Shown here: piece by piece, positions 1 to 9,645 of the stretch | Numbering within the stretch: the first letter of the stretch is position 1 | Layout: each line of letters begins with the position of its first letter | Assembly (NCBI GenBank): GCA_965238275.1 | Contig: OZ250186.1 | Span: forward strand, 1,184,001-1,248,000 | Reading direction: 5' to 3' | DNA from: Nitrosopumilus sp. | GTDB taxonomy: Archaea; Thermoproteota; Nitrososphaeria; Nitrososphaerales; Nitrosopumilaceae | DNA length: 64,000 bases | Translations under genes and position numbers: made by a program | The notes under the pieces: model-generated | What the model was told of the DNA's origin: nothing | Databases searched by the model: none | Seen by the model: only the letters and a program-made list of their open reading frames with translations

Positions 1-566
1 AGCGCATCCGGAAAAAGAACGCCAAGACAACCAACAGGAGGAAGGATTTCATGAGAAAGTCAGTCAAGGAGAACCTCGCAGGCGCCGGAATAATAGCAGT
101 CGAGAACCTCCACCCGAAGCAGATGGCACGGAAAGGCAGGGGAAAGACGGGTTTGAACCGGACCATAATGCACGCCGCGCTTGGGGAGACATTATCATAC
201 ATAGAGTGGTTCGCAAAAAAACACGACAAGGAATTCCACAAGGTAAAGCCGCATTACACCAGCACGACGTGCGGCACCTGCGGGCATTCGGACAGGAATT
301 CCAGGCGCTCGCAATCAATATTTATCTGCGTAAGATGCGGACATGAAGACCACGCGGACATGAACGCGGCGGTCAACGTGTCCGCGCGTGGCGCAAAGGC
401 GGCCGGGAAGGTCGTCGTTAGGAGGAAGGAGCACACGGTGCCCCGCGCATGTATGCGGGAAATCACCGTGCACGAGAGAGCCAATCAAAGTGCTTCACTG
501 CCTTCAGAAAAAGACAAGAATGGGTGCGAGTCGCTTCCGGCGACCTGTGTCTACTATTGTATATAA
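1..566 (+). CDS. tnpB: TnpB-like RNA-guided endonuclease (IS200/IS605/IS607), 5' end outside window
   Basis: Frame open from nt 3; RuvC-II AVENL, Zn ribbon TSTTCGTCGH..CVRCGH, RuvC-III HADMNAAVNV; extended C-terminal tail containing hairpin GTCGC-TTCCG-GCGAC (530-544). Confidence 0.9.
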   Translation, partial: RIRKKNAKTTNRRKDFMRKSVKENLAGAGIIAVENLHPKQMARKGRGKTGLNRTIMHAALGETLSYIEWFAKKHDKEFHKVKPHYTSTTCGTCGHSDRNSRRSQSIFICVRCGHEDHADMNAAVNVSARGAKAAGKVVVRRKEHTVPRACMREITVHERANQSASLPSEKDKNGCESLPATCVYYCI

Positions 567-712
567 TTCCCTATGTTTACATTCATGCATGCCATCCATG
601 ATGATCAACATTGCCGCGCGGTGGTCAGCGGTTCTTGAATGCCGTGACCGCGTCTGATATGCCTGTGCAGAAACCGCACACTCATGGGGTGAAAAACGAA
701 GATTGCAAGTGG

Positions 713-925
713 TTATTTGCCGCAGTTTGCTGTGCATTGGTTCCAACTGTCGGCCGGCTCGCCGCAACTGCACCGGCCAAATTTCTCGTACATGCATGAC
801 TTGCACCACCAAAAGTCACCGAACTGATCCCCAGTACCGCAAGTCACGCATTTTTTGGTTTCATGGGAGCAGTCAGTGCAAAGCTTGTCGCCTACCGTTT
901 CTGTCCCGCATCTATTGCATTCCAT
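713..925 (-). CDS. Small Cys-rich (multi-CxxC) zinc-finger protein
   Basis: 70 aa with CNRC, CTDC, CVTC, CKSC, CSC. Confidence 0.6.
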   Translation of the reverse strand: MECNRCGTETVGDKLCTDCSHETKKCVTCGTGDQFGDFWWCKSCMYEKFGRCSCGEPADSWNQCTANCGK

Positions 926-1079
926 GCATTAACGAACAGGCTGGCGTAAAAGGACTTGACTGCAAAAACGGAACGGCCAGTGATGCGGCCCCAAACATGA
1001 CAAAAGGCAAACCATTATGGTTCATATAGTTATTACAAATATACATAATAGTTATATGCAGTAATACCGTATAATATTT

Positions 1080-1418
1080 ATGAATCAGGTTTTAAAAAAA
1101 TCAAAAGGAGGGCAGCAATTTTTCCACGTTCTTGGCACTGATGAGCAAACCACCTGGGTCCAGACACTGGAGGCAAAAACGCCCGAAGGTGCCGCAAGGG
1201 CAAATTTGTCAACCTACATTCTAGGCGAGGATTGTGGTCCGGCCAAAATTCACATCCAGGTCTATGACGCGGTGGTATCAGACAGGCACTATGAGGGCAA
1301 CACGTCATCTGACGAATACGATTTTGCCCGCGTGCTCAAGGACCGCGGCCAGATGCCGGCAGGCGAGTTTGACTGCCGCGTGGGGTCTGACGGCATAAAG
1401 GTGGAGGCATCTGACTGA
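1080..1418 (+). CDS. Hypothetical protein, first gene of a coupled small-ORF operon
   Basis: AT-rich promoter-like region upstream; its stop overlaps the next ATG. Confidence 0.65.
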   Translation: MNQVLKKSKGGQQFFHVLGTDEQTTWVQTLEAKTPEGAARANLSTYILGEDCGPAKIHIQVYDAVVSDRHYEGNTSSDEYDFARVLKDRGQMPAGEFDCRVGSDGIKVEASD

Positions 1419-1576
1419 TGGCCGATCACAATTGGCAAGAAGGGACTTATCTCAGCCGGTGCAAGGCGTGTAAGTTAATTCACACGCACGAAGGCGGTGA
1501 CACGTCAATGGATGAAGAATTTGTGTTTGTTGACCAAAACGACGACTTACAGATAGTTCATGAAAGTTGGTACAAT

Positions 1577-3258
1577 AGATCTCATGCAGAATGTGCCTGA
1601 CTTAAAAAACTGAATTAAATTGGGTTATTCCCACGTGCAGCACCACATACGGCCGAATATCCACGGAACCGTAAAACATGCCAATCCAGGAACGGCAACC
1701 GAAACATTAAGATCGGTGGTCTTTACGCCACACCGTGATGGCAATGCTGGCAGAACCGATCGTGCAGAGAATACGGCAGGAAAACGAGTCGCTCAGGGAA
1801 TCAGGAGAACTCCACAGGCAGAGGATCAGGGCCCTCAGGGAGGCACGCAGGACAGACCGACAGAAGGGCGAGGCCCTCAAGGAACGCCTGACTGACCACT
1901 GGACCATCACGTCTAGGTTTCTTGACGACATCATAAAATATCCTGAATTCCTGCACGCCATGACGCTGCGCACCCCGGAAAGGTTTGACCACACGCTGAA
2001 CCGCCTCAAGGAGCTTTTGGAGCGGAACGGGGAGACTGCGCTCTTTTGGGAAGTTGGGAGCAGATCAAAAAACTCCGGAAGCAGGCGCATCCTGCCCCTG
2101 AGGCACGCGTACCTGCTGTGGCTGTTTCGGACAAGGCTGAGCATACCGCAGGAAGCCCTTGCCGCGATGTTTGGCGTCGACCAGGCCACCGTCTCCAGGT
2201 ATCTCCCGTTGATGACCAGGCTGCTAGGCGAGACAGGCACGGCGCCGCGCAAAATCAGTGAGGCTGTACAAAAGGCCAAGACACTCGAGGAGAGCAAGAA
2301 GATAATACCCGGCAGGGGGGGAGGAGAACTGATGGTGGACGGCACGCACAACCGGGTCAGAAGGTCCGCGGACAAGGAGAGACGCAAAAAGACGTACTCT
2401 GGCAAGAAGAAGGCGCACACGTACAATACCAACATCGTGATCAACAAGCGCCGCGTGATAGTGGCGATAAGCAAGACCGTTCCGGGCAGCGTCCACGACA
2501 AGACCCTGCTCAACGAGGATCCGCCAAACCTTGGAATCATTACGGCAAGGATGGGCCAGAAGGACGTGCCCGAAAAAGAAAAGCCTGACGTCCTGATGGA
2601 CAAGGGCTACCAAGGGACAAGAGAGGAATATCCCGGATGGCACATCAGGCACCCGCACAAGAAAAAGCGTGGAGCCGACAAAAAGACCGGCGGCCTGACA
2701 AAGAAGCAGCGCGCCTACAACAAGAGGGTAAACAGCTCCCGTGTGGCCATAGAGCACGTTATCGGAAGCCTGAAACAGTACAAGAGGCTGACTGACCCGT
2801 ACGACGGCACCGAGGAGGAGTACAACGACGAGCTCAACGCGATTGCGGGAATGGTAAACCAGGATCTGATGTGGGACGAAATAAAACTCAGGGACGCGGA
2901 CCTTCTCAAAAGGCTGGCCGAAAAAAGGGCGCGCCTCTGAGACAGGGCGGCACGAGCCGCCTGACGGAGTGAAAGGCAGGTGGCATCAGGCAGTGCAGGA
3001 ATGTCGCGCACGGCATCCAATATTTGTGCAAATTCCCCCACCATTCCCCATGAAACAACCTGCCGCCCCGGGGACGGATGCCGCACATCCACAGGACGTG
3101 CCTTATTTTCCAATACTGGAAACTGGATTTTTCACATGGACGTGCAAGACAAATTTGTAAAATATACGGCAGACGAGATTTTCAAATATGGCCACGGCTA
3201 GCGCAGTTCTGACATGATTTTATGATTTGCCACGTCAGGCACATTCTGCATAGGATCT
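1577..3258 (+). mobile_element. IS5-family (ISL2/DDE_Tnp_4-like) insertion sequence
   Basis: 25-bp TIR AGATC(TC/CT)ATGCAGAATGTGCCTGAC with 2 mismatches; 3-bp TSD AAT (1574-1576, 3259-3261). Confidence 0.92.
1735..2940 (+). CDS. DDE_Tnp_4-like transposase
   Basis: HTH LAAMFGVDQATVSRY; VDGT, YSGKKKAH, GSVHD, MDKGYQG, RVAIEHVIGSLK motifs. Confidence 0.92.
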   Translation: MMAMLAEPIVQRIRQENESLRESGELHRQRIRALREARRTDRQKGEALKERLTDHWTITSRFLDDIIKYPEFLHAMTLRTPERFDHTLNRLKELLERNGETALFWEVGSRSKNSGSRRILPLRHAYLLWLFRTRLSIPQEALAAMFGVDQATVSRYLPLMTRLLGETGTAPRKISEAVQKAKTLEESKKIIPGRGGGELMVDGTHNRVRRSADKERRKKTYSGKKKAHTYNTNIVINKRRVIVAISKTVPGSVHDKTLLNEDPPNLGIITARMGQKDVPEKEKPDVLMDKGYQGTREEYPGWHIRHPHKKKRGADKKTGGLTKKQRAYNKRVNSSRVAIEHVIGSLKQYKRLTDPYDGTEEEYNDELNAIAGMVNQDLMWDEIKLRDADLLKRLAEKRARL

Positions 3259-3341
3259 AATAGGGGGCATTTGGGAATCAGGTGTCCTGGTGGTTGGATC
3301 AATCTAATGACGCTCACTAAAAAAATGGAGGAATCCAACTA

Positions 3342-3464
3342 ATGGACGACCATGTTGAAGAACGCCTCCTTTGGCTCACGGGGATCGCCGCTCTTGGGTC
3401 TGACGGCCGTTCTAATAATGGAGATTGCAGCCGGATGGCCGAATGTTGCTGGAATGGGAAATGA
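3342..3464 (+). CDS. 40-aa ORF (not in the track), coupled at both ends
   Basis: TAATG overlap at 5' end, ATGA overlap at 3' end. Confidence 0.4.
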   Translation: MDDHVEERLLWLTGIAALGSDGRSNNGDCSRMAECCWNGK

Positions 3465-3712
3465 AGACGATAGCACAAACCATGAAGGAAGTACTGGAAG
3501 CCGACAACGTATCGTTTGCCGCGTGGGGTTCCATTGACAACCTAGACAGGTGCGCCGTATTGCTCGGGGAAAAATACATCAGGCTACACCCGCTAGAGCG
3601 GCACCGAAGAATCCTGAACGCGTTGGAGAAATCACCGCTGTTCGTCAAGCGATACGTCCGGATGCACCGGCTGGTCAGGTGCTTCTGGCTCAAGGGAACG
3701 GAGCCAAAATGA
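3461..3712 (+). CDS. Hypothetical protein, paralog A
   Basis: Shares TIAQxMKEVLE..WG..RILxALxKSPLF..VR..LK with the next ORF. Confidence 0.75.
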   Translation: MKTIAQTMKEVLEADNVSFAAWGSIDNLDRCAVLLGEKYIRLHPLERHRRILNALEKSPLFVKRYVRMHRLVRCFWLKGTEPK

Positions 3713-3999
3713 AACTCACAATAGCCCAGGCCATGAAAGAGGTACTGGAGGAAACTGACAACCCCGCCGTGATGTGGGGCGATGTAGGGTTATTCTTTCT
3801 ATGTTCAAAGAAATTGGGCCACACCACCATGTGGCGGCCGAACCCCGGAACTGTGTACAGCCGGATCCTTGACGCCTTGCAGAAATCGCCGCTGTTCAAT
3901 ACGTATTATGTTGGGGCTCACTCCAACGGCAGACCGCGCGACGTCAGGATTTGTTACCTAAAGGACAAGGATCCCGAAACCAAGGACGGCGGATCATGA
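3709..3999 (+). CDS. Hypothetical protein, paralog B
   Basis: ATGA overlap with paralog A; same conserved motifs. Confidence 0.75.
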   Translation: MKLTIAQAMKEVLEETDNPAVMWGDVGLFFLCSKKLGHTTMWRPNPGTVYSRILDALQKSPLFNTYYVGAHSNGRPRDVRICYLKDKDPETKDGGS

Positions 4000-4562
4000 T
4001 GAATGGCGGCGCGACGGCAAACCGCATGGCATATCTTAGAAACCGCGCGTCAAAAACGGTCAGGCGCGGCATGTGCGTGGGCTGCCGTCTGCATATCAAG
4101 GACGGCGTGCCAGTAGTATCGTGCGGCCGACGGAAGTTTCTCTGTGCCGACTGCTCAAATGCCAAGCGACCAGCGACGTGCCGCTGCTGCCGTCGCAAAG
4201 TCGCTGACATGTTTTTCTACCGCGTCAAATATTCCGACAAGCCTGGCCTGATCTGCGCCGACTGTCGGGGAAAATCAAACCTGGATGGTGTGCCTTCCGT
4301 TTGCCGTGGGTGCCTCTCTGAAATACCGGCAGGCGACGCGCTGGTCTATTGTGGAATACTGCGCTACGCATGCGTCGATTGCGCCAACGCCACCCGACCA
4401 GTCTATTGCAAAGGCTGCCACCGGACACTTACCGGCGAATACGTTTACCTCCACAGATATGCCGGCGACATGCGCAACACGGTTTGTGAATGGTGTTCGG
4501 CTGACATCAAGGCAGGCGTTCGTAGCTCGCAGTTCGCCGTGCCACAGGAGGCGGTTGCCTGA
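3996..4562 (+). CDS. Cys-rich protein, 8 CxxC in two homologous halves (LIM-like spacing)
   Basis: CVGC..CADC..CRCC..CADC / CRGC..CVDC..CKGC..CEWC; start overlaps the upstream stop. Confidence 0.7.
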   Translation: MMNGGATANRMAYLRNRASKTVRRGMCVGCRLHIKDGVPVVSCGRRKFLCADCSNAKRPATCRCCRRKVADMFFYRVKYSDKPGLICADCRGKSNLDGVPSVCRGCLSEIPAGDALVYCGILRYACVDCANATRPVYCKGCHRTLTGEYVYLHRYAGDMRNTVCEWCSADIKAGVRSSQFAVPQEAVA

Positions 4563-4759
4563 TGGCCTGCATCCTTGTACACCCGCTGCACGGCCGCCAA
4601 TGCGAAGCATGGCAGGTCATATTAGACGAGGTGTATTGTTCCCCGTGCAAGACGGCATACGTCCGGGCCGCACTGACGCGCTCCAAATACTGCCCCTGCT
4701 GCGGCCAGCGTGTCCGCATTTACAAACGATCCGAAAATCCAAAGGAGAGTGAATCATGA
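4562..4759 (+). CDS. Small zinc-ribbon protein
   Basis: CSPC..CPCCG; coupled to both neighbours. Confidence 0.6.
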   Translation: MACILVHPLHGRQCEAWQVILDEVYCSPCKTAYVRAALTRSKYCPCCGQRVRIYKRSENPKESES

Positions 4760-5151
4760 CTACCTGTTCATTTTGCGGTGCCGGCCATCCAGACAACGCG
4801 GACGTATCACCACCGTGCGTCAAGCCAGAGCATTACTGGCAACGCGACGATGCAAGCAACGCCAATACTGCCAAGACCACGCATGTTTGTGCCAACTGCG
4901 GACTGCAACGCAAGTGTTTGGTCTGGTACGCCAGCGACAACGCGTCATGTTCAGACGACATGTCGCGCAGCGTGCTGGACTTTCACAGGAAACAAAAAAT
5001 CAAGTACGAATTTGAAACCAGAAAAGTCACAGGCAACCCGACACTCAAAATCACCGACAAGTTGATCCGCACGTTTCTAATGCTCGGCCATTCCAGGGAC
5101 GTGACACGCGACAGTGAAAACTGCATGAAACGGTCCACTTACGTTCCATGA
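4756..5151 (+). CDS. Cys-containing hypothetical protein, last gene of the operon
   Basis: CSFCG, CANCG; ATGA overlap. Confidence 0.6.
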   Translation: MTTCSFCGAGHPDNADVSPPCVKPEHYWQRDDASNANTAKTTHVCANCGLQRKCLVWYASDNASCSDDMSRSVLDFHRKQKIKYEFETRKVTGNPTLKITDKLIRTFLMLGHSRDVTRDSENCMKRSTYVP

Positions 5152-5156
5152 CAGTG

Positions 5157-5846
5157 TCAGCGCGAGGCGTCCAAATACGGGTCTACTTCGTCCACGATCA
5201 ATGCGTGCTCTGAATTCACTTGGCGCTTTGCGACTCTTGTTGCTTTGCAAGGCACAACAGATTTGCTGTATTTGCGGAACGTGGGTTTGGCCCTTGAAAA
5301 ATACTCTTCGTCAAGCGAAATCCGTTCCCCTGGTTCCAGATCATACCACGTTTTGCACATGTTGTTCGGGTTGGAAAAATAACGGTGCATCTCCTCGTCT
5401 GTGACATACGCCACGTAGCAGGTGACGTTGCTGCACGTTTTTTTGAACTTGGCTTGCTTGAAGAAATCATAAAAGAGTTCGCCTGCATTCATGGTCAAGG
5501 GGGAATGTTCGGTGTTCTCTGGCTTTCTGTGAAATTTGAACTCGATGGCGCAATCCGGGTCGCCTTTTCCACGCAGTATGACGGTGTCGATTTGGGTCCT
5601 TGGGACAACATCAGCCAAGTGCTTAGATACGTACTTGAAAATGAGAGTGTTGGTTTTGGTCTTTGGGATAACCCGCGGCTGGTATTCCAAAACCACTTCG
5701 TTTGGTTTGCATATCTTTCTTGAACAGACCAATATATGAAAAAAACAATAGCGTACAGAGTCTTCCGTGGTGGGAACATCCTTGGAGAACCGATCGTTGA
5801 GAATGTCGCACAAGTCATCCCACACCCCGGGGTCAAGCTCGGCCAT
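5157..5846 (-). CDS. PD-(D/E)XK-like (restriction-fold) nuclease
   Basis: TEDSVR helix, IDTVI and AIEFKFHR motifs. Confidence 0.6.
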   Translation of the reverse strand: MAELDPGVWDDLCDILNDRFSKDVPTTEDSVRYCFFHILVCSRKICKPNEVVLEYQPRVIPKTKTNTLIFKYVSKHLADVVPRTQIDTVILRGKGDPDCAIEFKFHRKPENTEHSPLTMNAGELFYDFFKQAKFKKTCSNVTCYVAYVTDEEMHRYFSNPNNMCKTWYDLEPGERISLDEEYFSRAKPTFRKYSKSVVPCKATRVAKRQVNSEHALIVDEVDPYLDASR

Positions 5847-6090
5847 GCTGGACTGAAAACCGCGTTCTATTTTAGGATGCCGTGGGCTCTTGCGTGGCCT
5901 GATGATTGGCCGGGCAATGCAGTGCCCGGCGGGACGACAATGGGAGTGCCGTCCATGCCATGCACCGACGTTTTTGTTAAAAGCCGATCATGCGGTACAT
6001 GACTTATGCCGCAAAGTCTCACTATGGCGCGCCATCTTTCTGCCGCAAGTCATGCAGCGTTTTTCTTTTAACGCGCAATCGGCACAATAG

Positions 6091-8392
6091 GTAAGAGGTC
6101 GCCTTTGCGAAGCGATTCCGTGCCTGATCTGCCCCGATTAATTACCAACTGAGCTACGTTTTCGGCTGTAAATGCCCATTTAATTGGCATTATTCTGGGT
6201 TTTTTCCGGGCGGGGAGGAGGGTCCGGCCGAGCTATGTTTTGGCCGATCCGGTGATCGGGTTTGCGAAGTGGCCTTTTTTGGCGCGGCCGGGGCGCTGAG
6301 TTGTGCCGGGATCGGGTGACAGCCGGTACGGCAGCCTGACATGCGCCAGACTGCCGGCGCGACGGGTCTGCGTGGGGCAGTCAGGATGGCGGGTTTTGCA
6401 GGATTTATGCGACTGTTGCTGCTGCTGCCGGAATTTTTTCGACGAGGCCGTGCATATAGTCGACCAAAAAGTCGTGCGGGTTGACTCCGCGCCTCCTGCA
6501 CGTCTCGCGGACGGTGGCCAGGACGGCGTGGTTGTATGCGCCGGCAAGGCTCTTGCTGCCGCCTGAGACCTTCCGGGATGCGACGCTGGGCCGCAGGGGA
6601 CGCTCGGCATCGTTGTTATGGCACTTTGTGTTGAGGCGGATGAATGGGAACAGGTGGGTGATCTCGCGCCGCAGCCGCTTGACAAACCTCTTGCAGTGGG
6701 CGTCTGTGTAGCTGCCCGAGATCAGGCGCCTCACCCGGGCCTGGAGGTTGCGCACCTTGAGGTTTCGCGCGGCCTTGTCGTCGTCCGGGTCAAGCCCCTT
6801 GTCCGGGTACCATGAATCGATGATTATCCCCTTCAGGGCCTTGGCAAACTTTTTGAATTCGGGTCCGGGGGATTTCATGGTCAGGGTGCGGAGGATCTCG
6901 CGGAGGTAGTGGTAGTGGCACTTTTGGTGGGTCTTGCCGATGCGGTTCCACGGGGCGTGGGAGTCGGAGGTGACGTGGCCGCCGTACCCTCCAAGCAGCG
7001 ACACCAGGACGTCGCCTCCCCGGCTCTTGTCCACGTGAAAGACAGTCGAGTCGTCACCTACCAGCACCCACAGCCAGTACAGTATCCCGGCTATCTTCCA
7101 GCTCGTCTCGTCGCCAAAGACATGCTCTGAGAAGAATATCTCCCCGAGCATCTCCTCGTAGAGGGGGTGGAGGGATCCCGTAACGGCGTCCACGTGGCTG
7201 ATGACTGTCGACTTGGCAAGGCCTGCGTGGTGGATTATGTTGATCAGACTGCAGATGATGCCGTAGGGGATGCCGTGCATCCTCATGGTAGTCTCCAGGC
7301 ACGTCAGGCTGGCACCGAACCGCCCCCCTGGGACGACCCCGGGGATCTCGGGGGCAAACTGCCTGCCGCATTCCCTGCAGTACCTGCGGACGACTGTATA
7401 TTGGATGGCAGTCAGTTTCCCGTCGATGATCTCCTCGACTACCCGGAAGGTCACCTCGGTGGGCCCCGTCGAGAGGGCGTGGCCGTGCGGGCAGGAGTGC
7501 AGGTCGACTAACCTCTTTTCAGATATCGGGGGAGGGTTCCGGCCGGTGCGCAGGCAGACGACCTTCCTGAACGGGTCCGGCGCAGGCCCGGGCGACTCCC
7601 GGAGCCGCCTCTTGGAGCGGCGGCTTTTGATGTCCAGGTTCTCTGCTGCCAGCGCCGAGTTGGCCGCGCGCGCCTCCCTTAGCTGCGAGGCATGCTCGGC
7701 TGCCTGCCGTTCCAGGCGGGCTATCCTGTCCATGACTGCCTGCGAGACGTCGCATCCCTGCAGGAGGGCGGCGTTTTCTGCCCTCAGCTTCTCTACCTCT
7801 GCACTCAAATTCTCCACATCTGTTCCCAGATTCTCTATCTCGGAGTCCTTTTGTTCTATCTCGGAGTCCTTTTGTTCTATCTCGGAGTCCTTTTGTTCTA
7901 TCTCGGAGTCCTTTTGTTCTATCTCGGAGTCCTTTTGCACGTTCTCTTCTTCCAACAGTTTGATCCTGGTATCCATCTCCGTCAGCATCGCGCGTTCCCC
8001 TGAGAAGGCCTCTGCCTCCTCCCTCAACTGCTCGATGTTTTTCCTCAGCGCCACGCTCTCCTCGTCCCGGGATTTGAGCATGGCAAGGACGGATTCGAAG
8101 ATGGACTTTGTGTCGGTTACGGAGTTCCAGTCAATCTTTTCCAAGTCGATTACAGGCACCATGCCACAACACTGGAAGGCATGATCCATAAAGCTTTTGG
8201 ACACGCAGCGTCTGCCGGGAAATGCGGCGCAAAAGATCCGGCAGGTGAGCCTTGATTTGAAAACTGTCCTGCCTGCGGACCGTACTGATAACGTGCAATT
8301 AAATCGGGTATTTATGGTCGAAAACGTAGCTCAGTTGGTAATTAATCGGGGCAAATCAGGCACGGAATCGCTTCGCAAAGGCGACCTCTTAC
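6091..8392 (-). mobile_element. IS66-family element (single ORF), copy 1
   Basis: Ends GTAAGAGGTCGCC...; TIR about 74 bp with 1 mismatch; 8-bp TSD CACAATAG (6083-6090, 8393-8400). Confidence 0.95.
6405..8204 (-). CDS. IS66 transposase (TnpC-like)
   Basis: Coiled coil, Zn finger CPHG..CRECG, GDETSW, SDSH, HQKCHYHYLRE, NNDAERPLRPSV. Confidence 0.93.
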   Translation of the reverse strand: MSKSFMDHAFQCCGMVPVIDLEKIDWNSVTDTKSIFESVLAMLKSRDEESVALRKNIEQLREEAEAFSGERAMLTEMDTRIKLLEEENVQKDSEIEQKDSEIEQKDSEIEQKDSEIEQKDSEIENLGTDVENLSAEVEKLRAENAALLQGCDVSQAVMDRIARLERQAAEHASQLREARAANSALAAENLDIKSRRSKRRLRESPGPAPDPFRKVVCLRTGRNPPPISEKRLVDLHSCPHGHALSTGPTEVTFRVVEEIIDGKLTAIQYTVVRRYCRECGRQFAPEIPGVVPGGRFGASLTCLETTMRMHGIPYGIICSLINIIHHAGLAKSTVISHVDAVTGSLHPLYEEMLGEIFFSEHVFGDETSWKIAGILYWLWVLVGDDSTVFHVDKSRGGDVLVSLLGGYGGHVTSDSHAPWNRIGKTHQKCHYHYLREILRTLTMKSPGPEFKKFAKALKGIIIDSWYPDKGLDPDDDKAARNLKVRNLQARVRRLISGSYTDAHCKRFVKRLRREITHLFPFIRLNTKCHNNDAERPLRPSVASRKVSGGSKSLAGAYNHAVLATVRETCRRRGVNPHDFLVDYMHGLVEKIPAAAATVA

Positions 8393-8503
8393 CACAATAG
8401 GCGGTTTTATGGTAGACGACCACTTTCTTACAACCATTACAGGTAAACATGCCATCATACATGCCCTCATGGAATGGATTTATGTATAAAGACCACAGTT
8501 GAG

Positions 8504-8782
8504 ATGACACAAATACAGACACCATGTCTTGACATCGCCAGGGAGTGCGGCCGCAGCCAGGTTACGGTAAGGGCGCACTTGCGCAAGCACGGCATGATTC
8601 CATGGAGCAGCAGAAAGCCCGCGCCGTCCTTTGACGAGCTTTGGGAGGCGTGTGTCGTGGACGGTTTGACGCACAGCGAGGCTGCCAAAAAACTGGGGTG
8701 CTGTTATTCTACGGTGCTCAGGCATGTGCGCCAGCACGGAATCAAGCCGAAACGTGAGGGAAAGGCGGCGCGGCCCGCGTGA
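8504..8782 (+). CDS. Small double-HTH DNA-binding protein
   Basis: IARECGRSQVTVRAHLRKHG and AAKKLGCCYSTVLRHVRQHG; TATA-like TATAAA upstream. Confidence 0.7.
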   Translation: MTQIQTPCLDIARECGRSQVTVRAHLRKHGMIPWSSRKPAPSFDELWEACVVDGLTHSEAAKKLGCCYSTVLRHVRQHGIKPKREGKAARPA

Positions 8783-8932
8783 AGCCGCGCTAGGATCCGC
8801 ACGGACCGCCGACATCAATCCCAACAAAAACAACACGCTAAAATTTACCAAGTCCCGGCCGTCGAACAAAGGACATCCATATCCGCCCTGTTGCGGGAGA
8901 TGCCGGCCCGATCCGGCAACAACCCAAAAACG

Positions 8933-9277
8933 TTAACCGTTAAACGTTAACGGTTTACCGTCCTTTTTCCCGCGGTCCTTTTGGGAGATCGGCTCAAAAG
9001 GCGCCCACCTCACGGAATCCCCGTCAAACACGGCCACGAATTCGACGTAGTGGCGTGCGTCATTGATCTCGGCGGACACGGCATATGGAGGGGTATCCGG
9101 ATTGGCTCTTGCGGCATCGTCATAAACATCGTAGTGCTGCATGGCGTACTCGGCCTTAGGCTTGAATTTGCATAGTGCGGCCTCGACTGCCTTTGCAGGC
9201 GATTCGGCGATAATTATTTCCGGTGGCGACGACTCGCCCTGGCAATCACGGCAGATCACGCAGAATTCTTTGCCCAT
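8933..9277 (-). CDS. Hypothetical protein
   Basis: 114-aa ORF with plausible composition. Confidence 0.5.
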   Translation of the reverse strand: MGKEFCVICRDCQGESSPPEIIIAESPAKAVEAALCKFKPKAEYAMQHYDVYDDAARANPDTPPYAVSAEINDARHYVEFVAVFDGDSVRWAPFEPISQKDRGKKDGKPLTFNG

Positions 9278-9307
9278 GGCGACGACTCGCGGTTTCCCTA
9301 TTAGTGT

Positions 9308-9631
9308 TTGTTGATCATGTCGGCACTGTTGAATTTAGGTGATCCGATCACTGAAATTTACCAGGTTCAACTTACACAGAAGAGCGGCCTGCGGTCATGC
9401 AACGCCTGCGGCCGCATAGCCAAGACAAAGCACCGCGTATTCACAACCCTCATGCTCAGAGACACGGTCATTGTGCGCCTCTGCAAGCAGTGCTATGGGT
9501 CAAAACAGATAGTCTTGAGGTATGGGAGGGGGAATGCAATTACAAAAGACATGGTCATGCCAGAAGACCTGTCGCCGGGAGACCGGGAACTGGTGGAGCG
9601 GCGCATCAGGGAAATGGGTAAAATCGCTTAA
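9308..9631 (+). CDS. CxxC hypothetical protein lying between two dyad copies (true start uncertain)
   Basis: CNACG..CKQC; the 5' part overlaps the dyad. Confidence 0.45.
   Translation: MLIMSALLNLGDPITEIYQVQLTQKSGLRSCNACGRIAKTKHRVFTTLMLRDTVIVRLCKQCYGSKQIVLRYGRGNAITKDMVMPEDLSPGDRELVERRIREMGKIA
9322..9364. repeat. 39-bp dyad family, full copy
   Basis: GGCA-CTGTTGAATTTAGGTGATC-C-GATCACTGAAATTTACCAG. Confidence 0.85.
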
Positions 9632-9645
9632 ACAAATACCCGGCC

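Larger units (their letters stand above)
1418..3342 (+). pseudogene. Small CxxC protein gene interrupted by IS
   Basis: Removing 1577-3258 plus one AAT restores ...HESWYN-RGHLGIRCPGGWINLMTLTKKMEESN*, whose TAA overlaps the ATG at 3342. Confidence 0.75.
5988..8462 (-). pseudogene. 54-aa CRIPT-like zinc-finger gene split by IS66
   Basis: Excising the IS and one TSD gives MYDGMFTCNGCKKVVVYHKTAYCADCALKEKRCMTCGRKMARHSETLRHKSCTA*. Confidence 0.65.

Noticed and set aside
8936-8956. Palindrome AACCGTTAA-ACG-TTAACGGTT
   Set aside because: Single short copy at an ORF 3' end; no supporting context.
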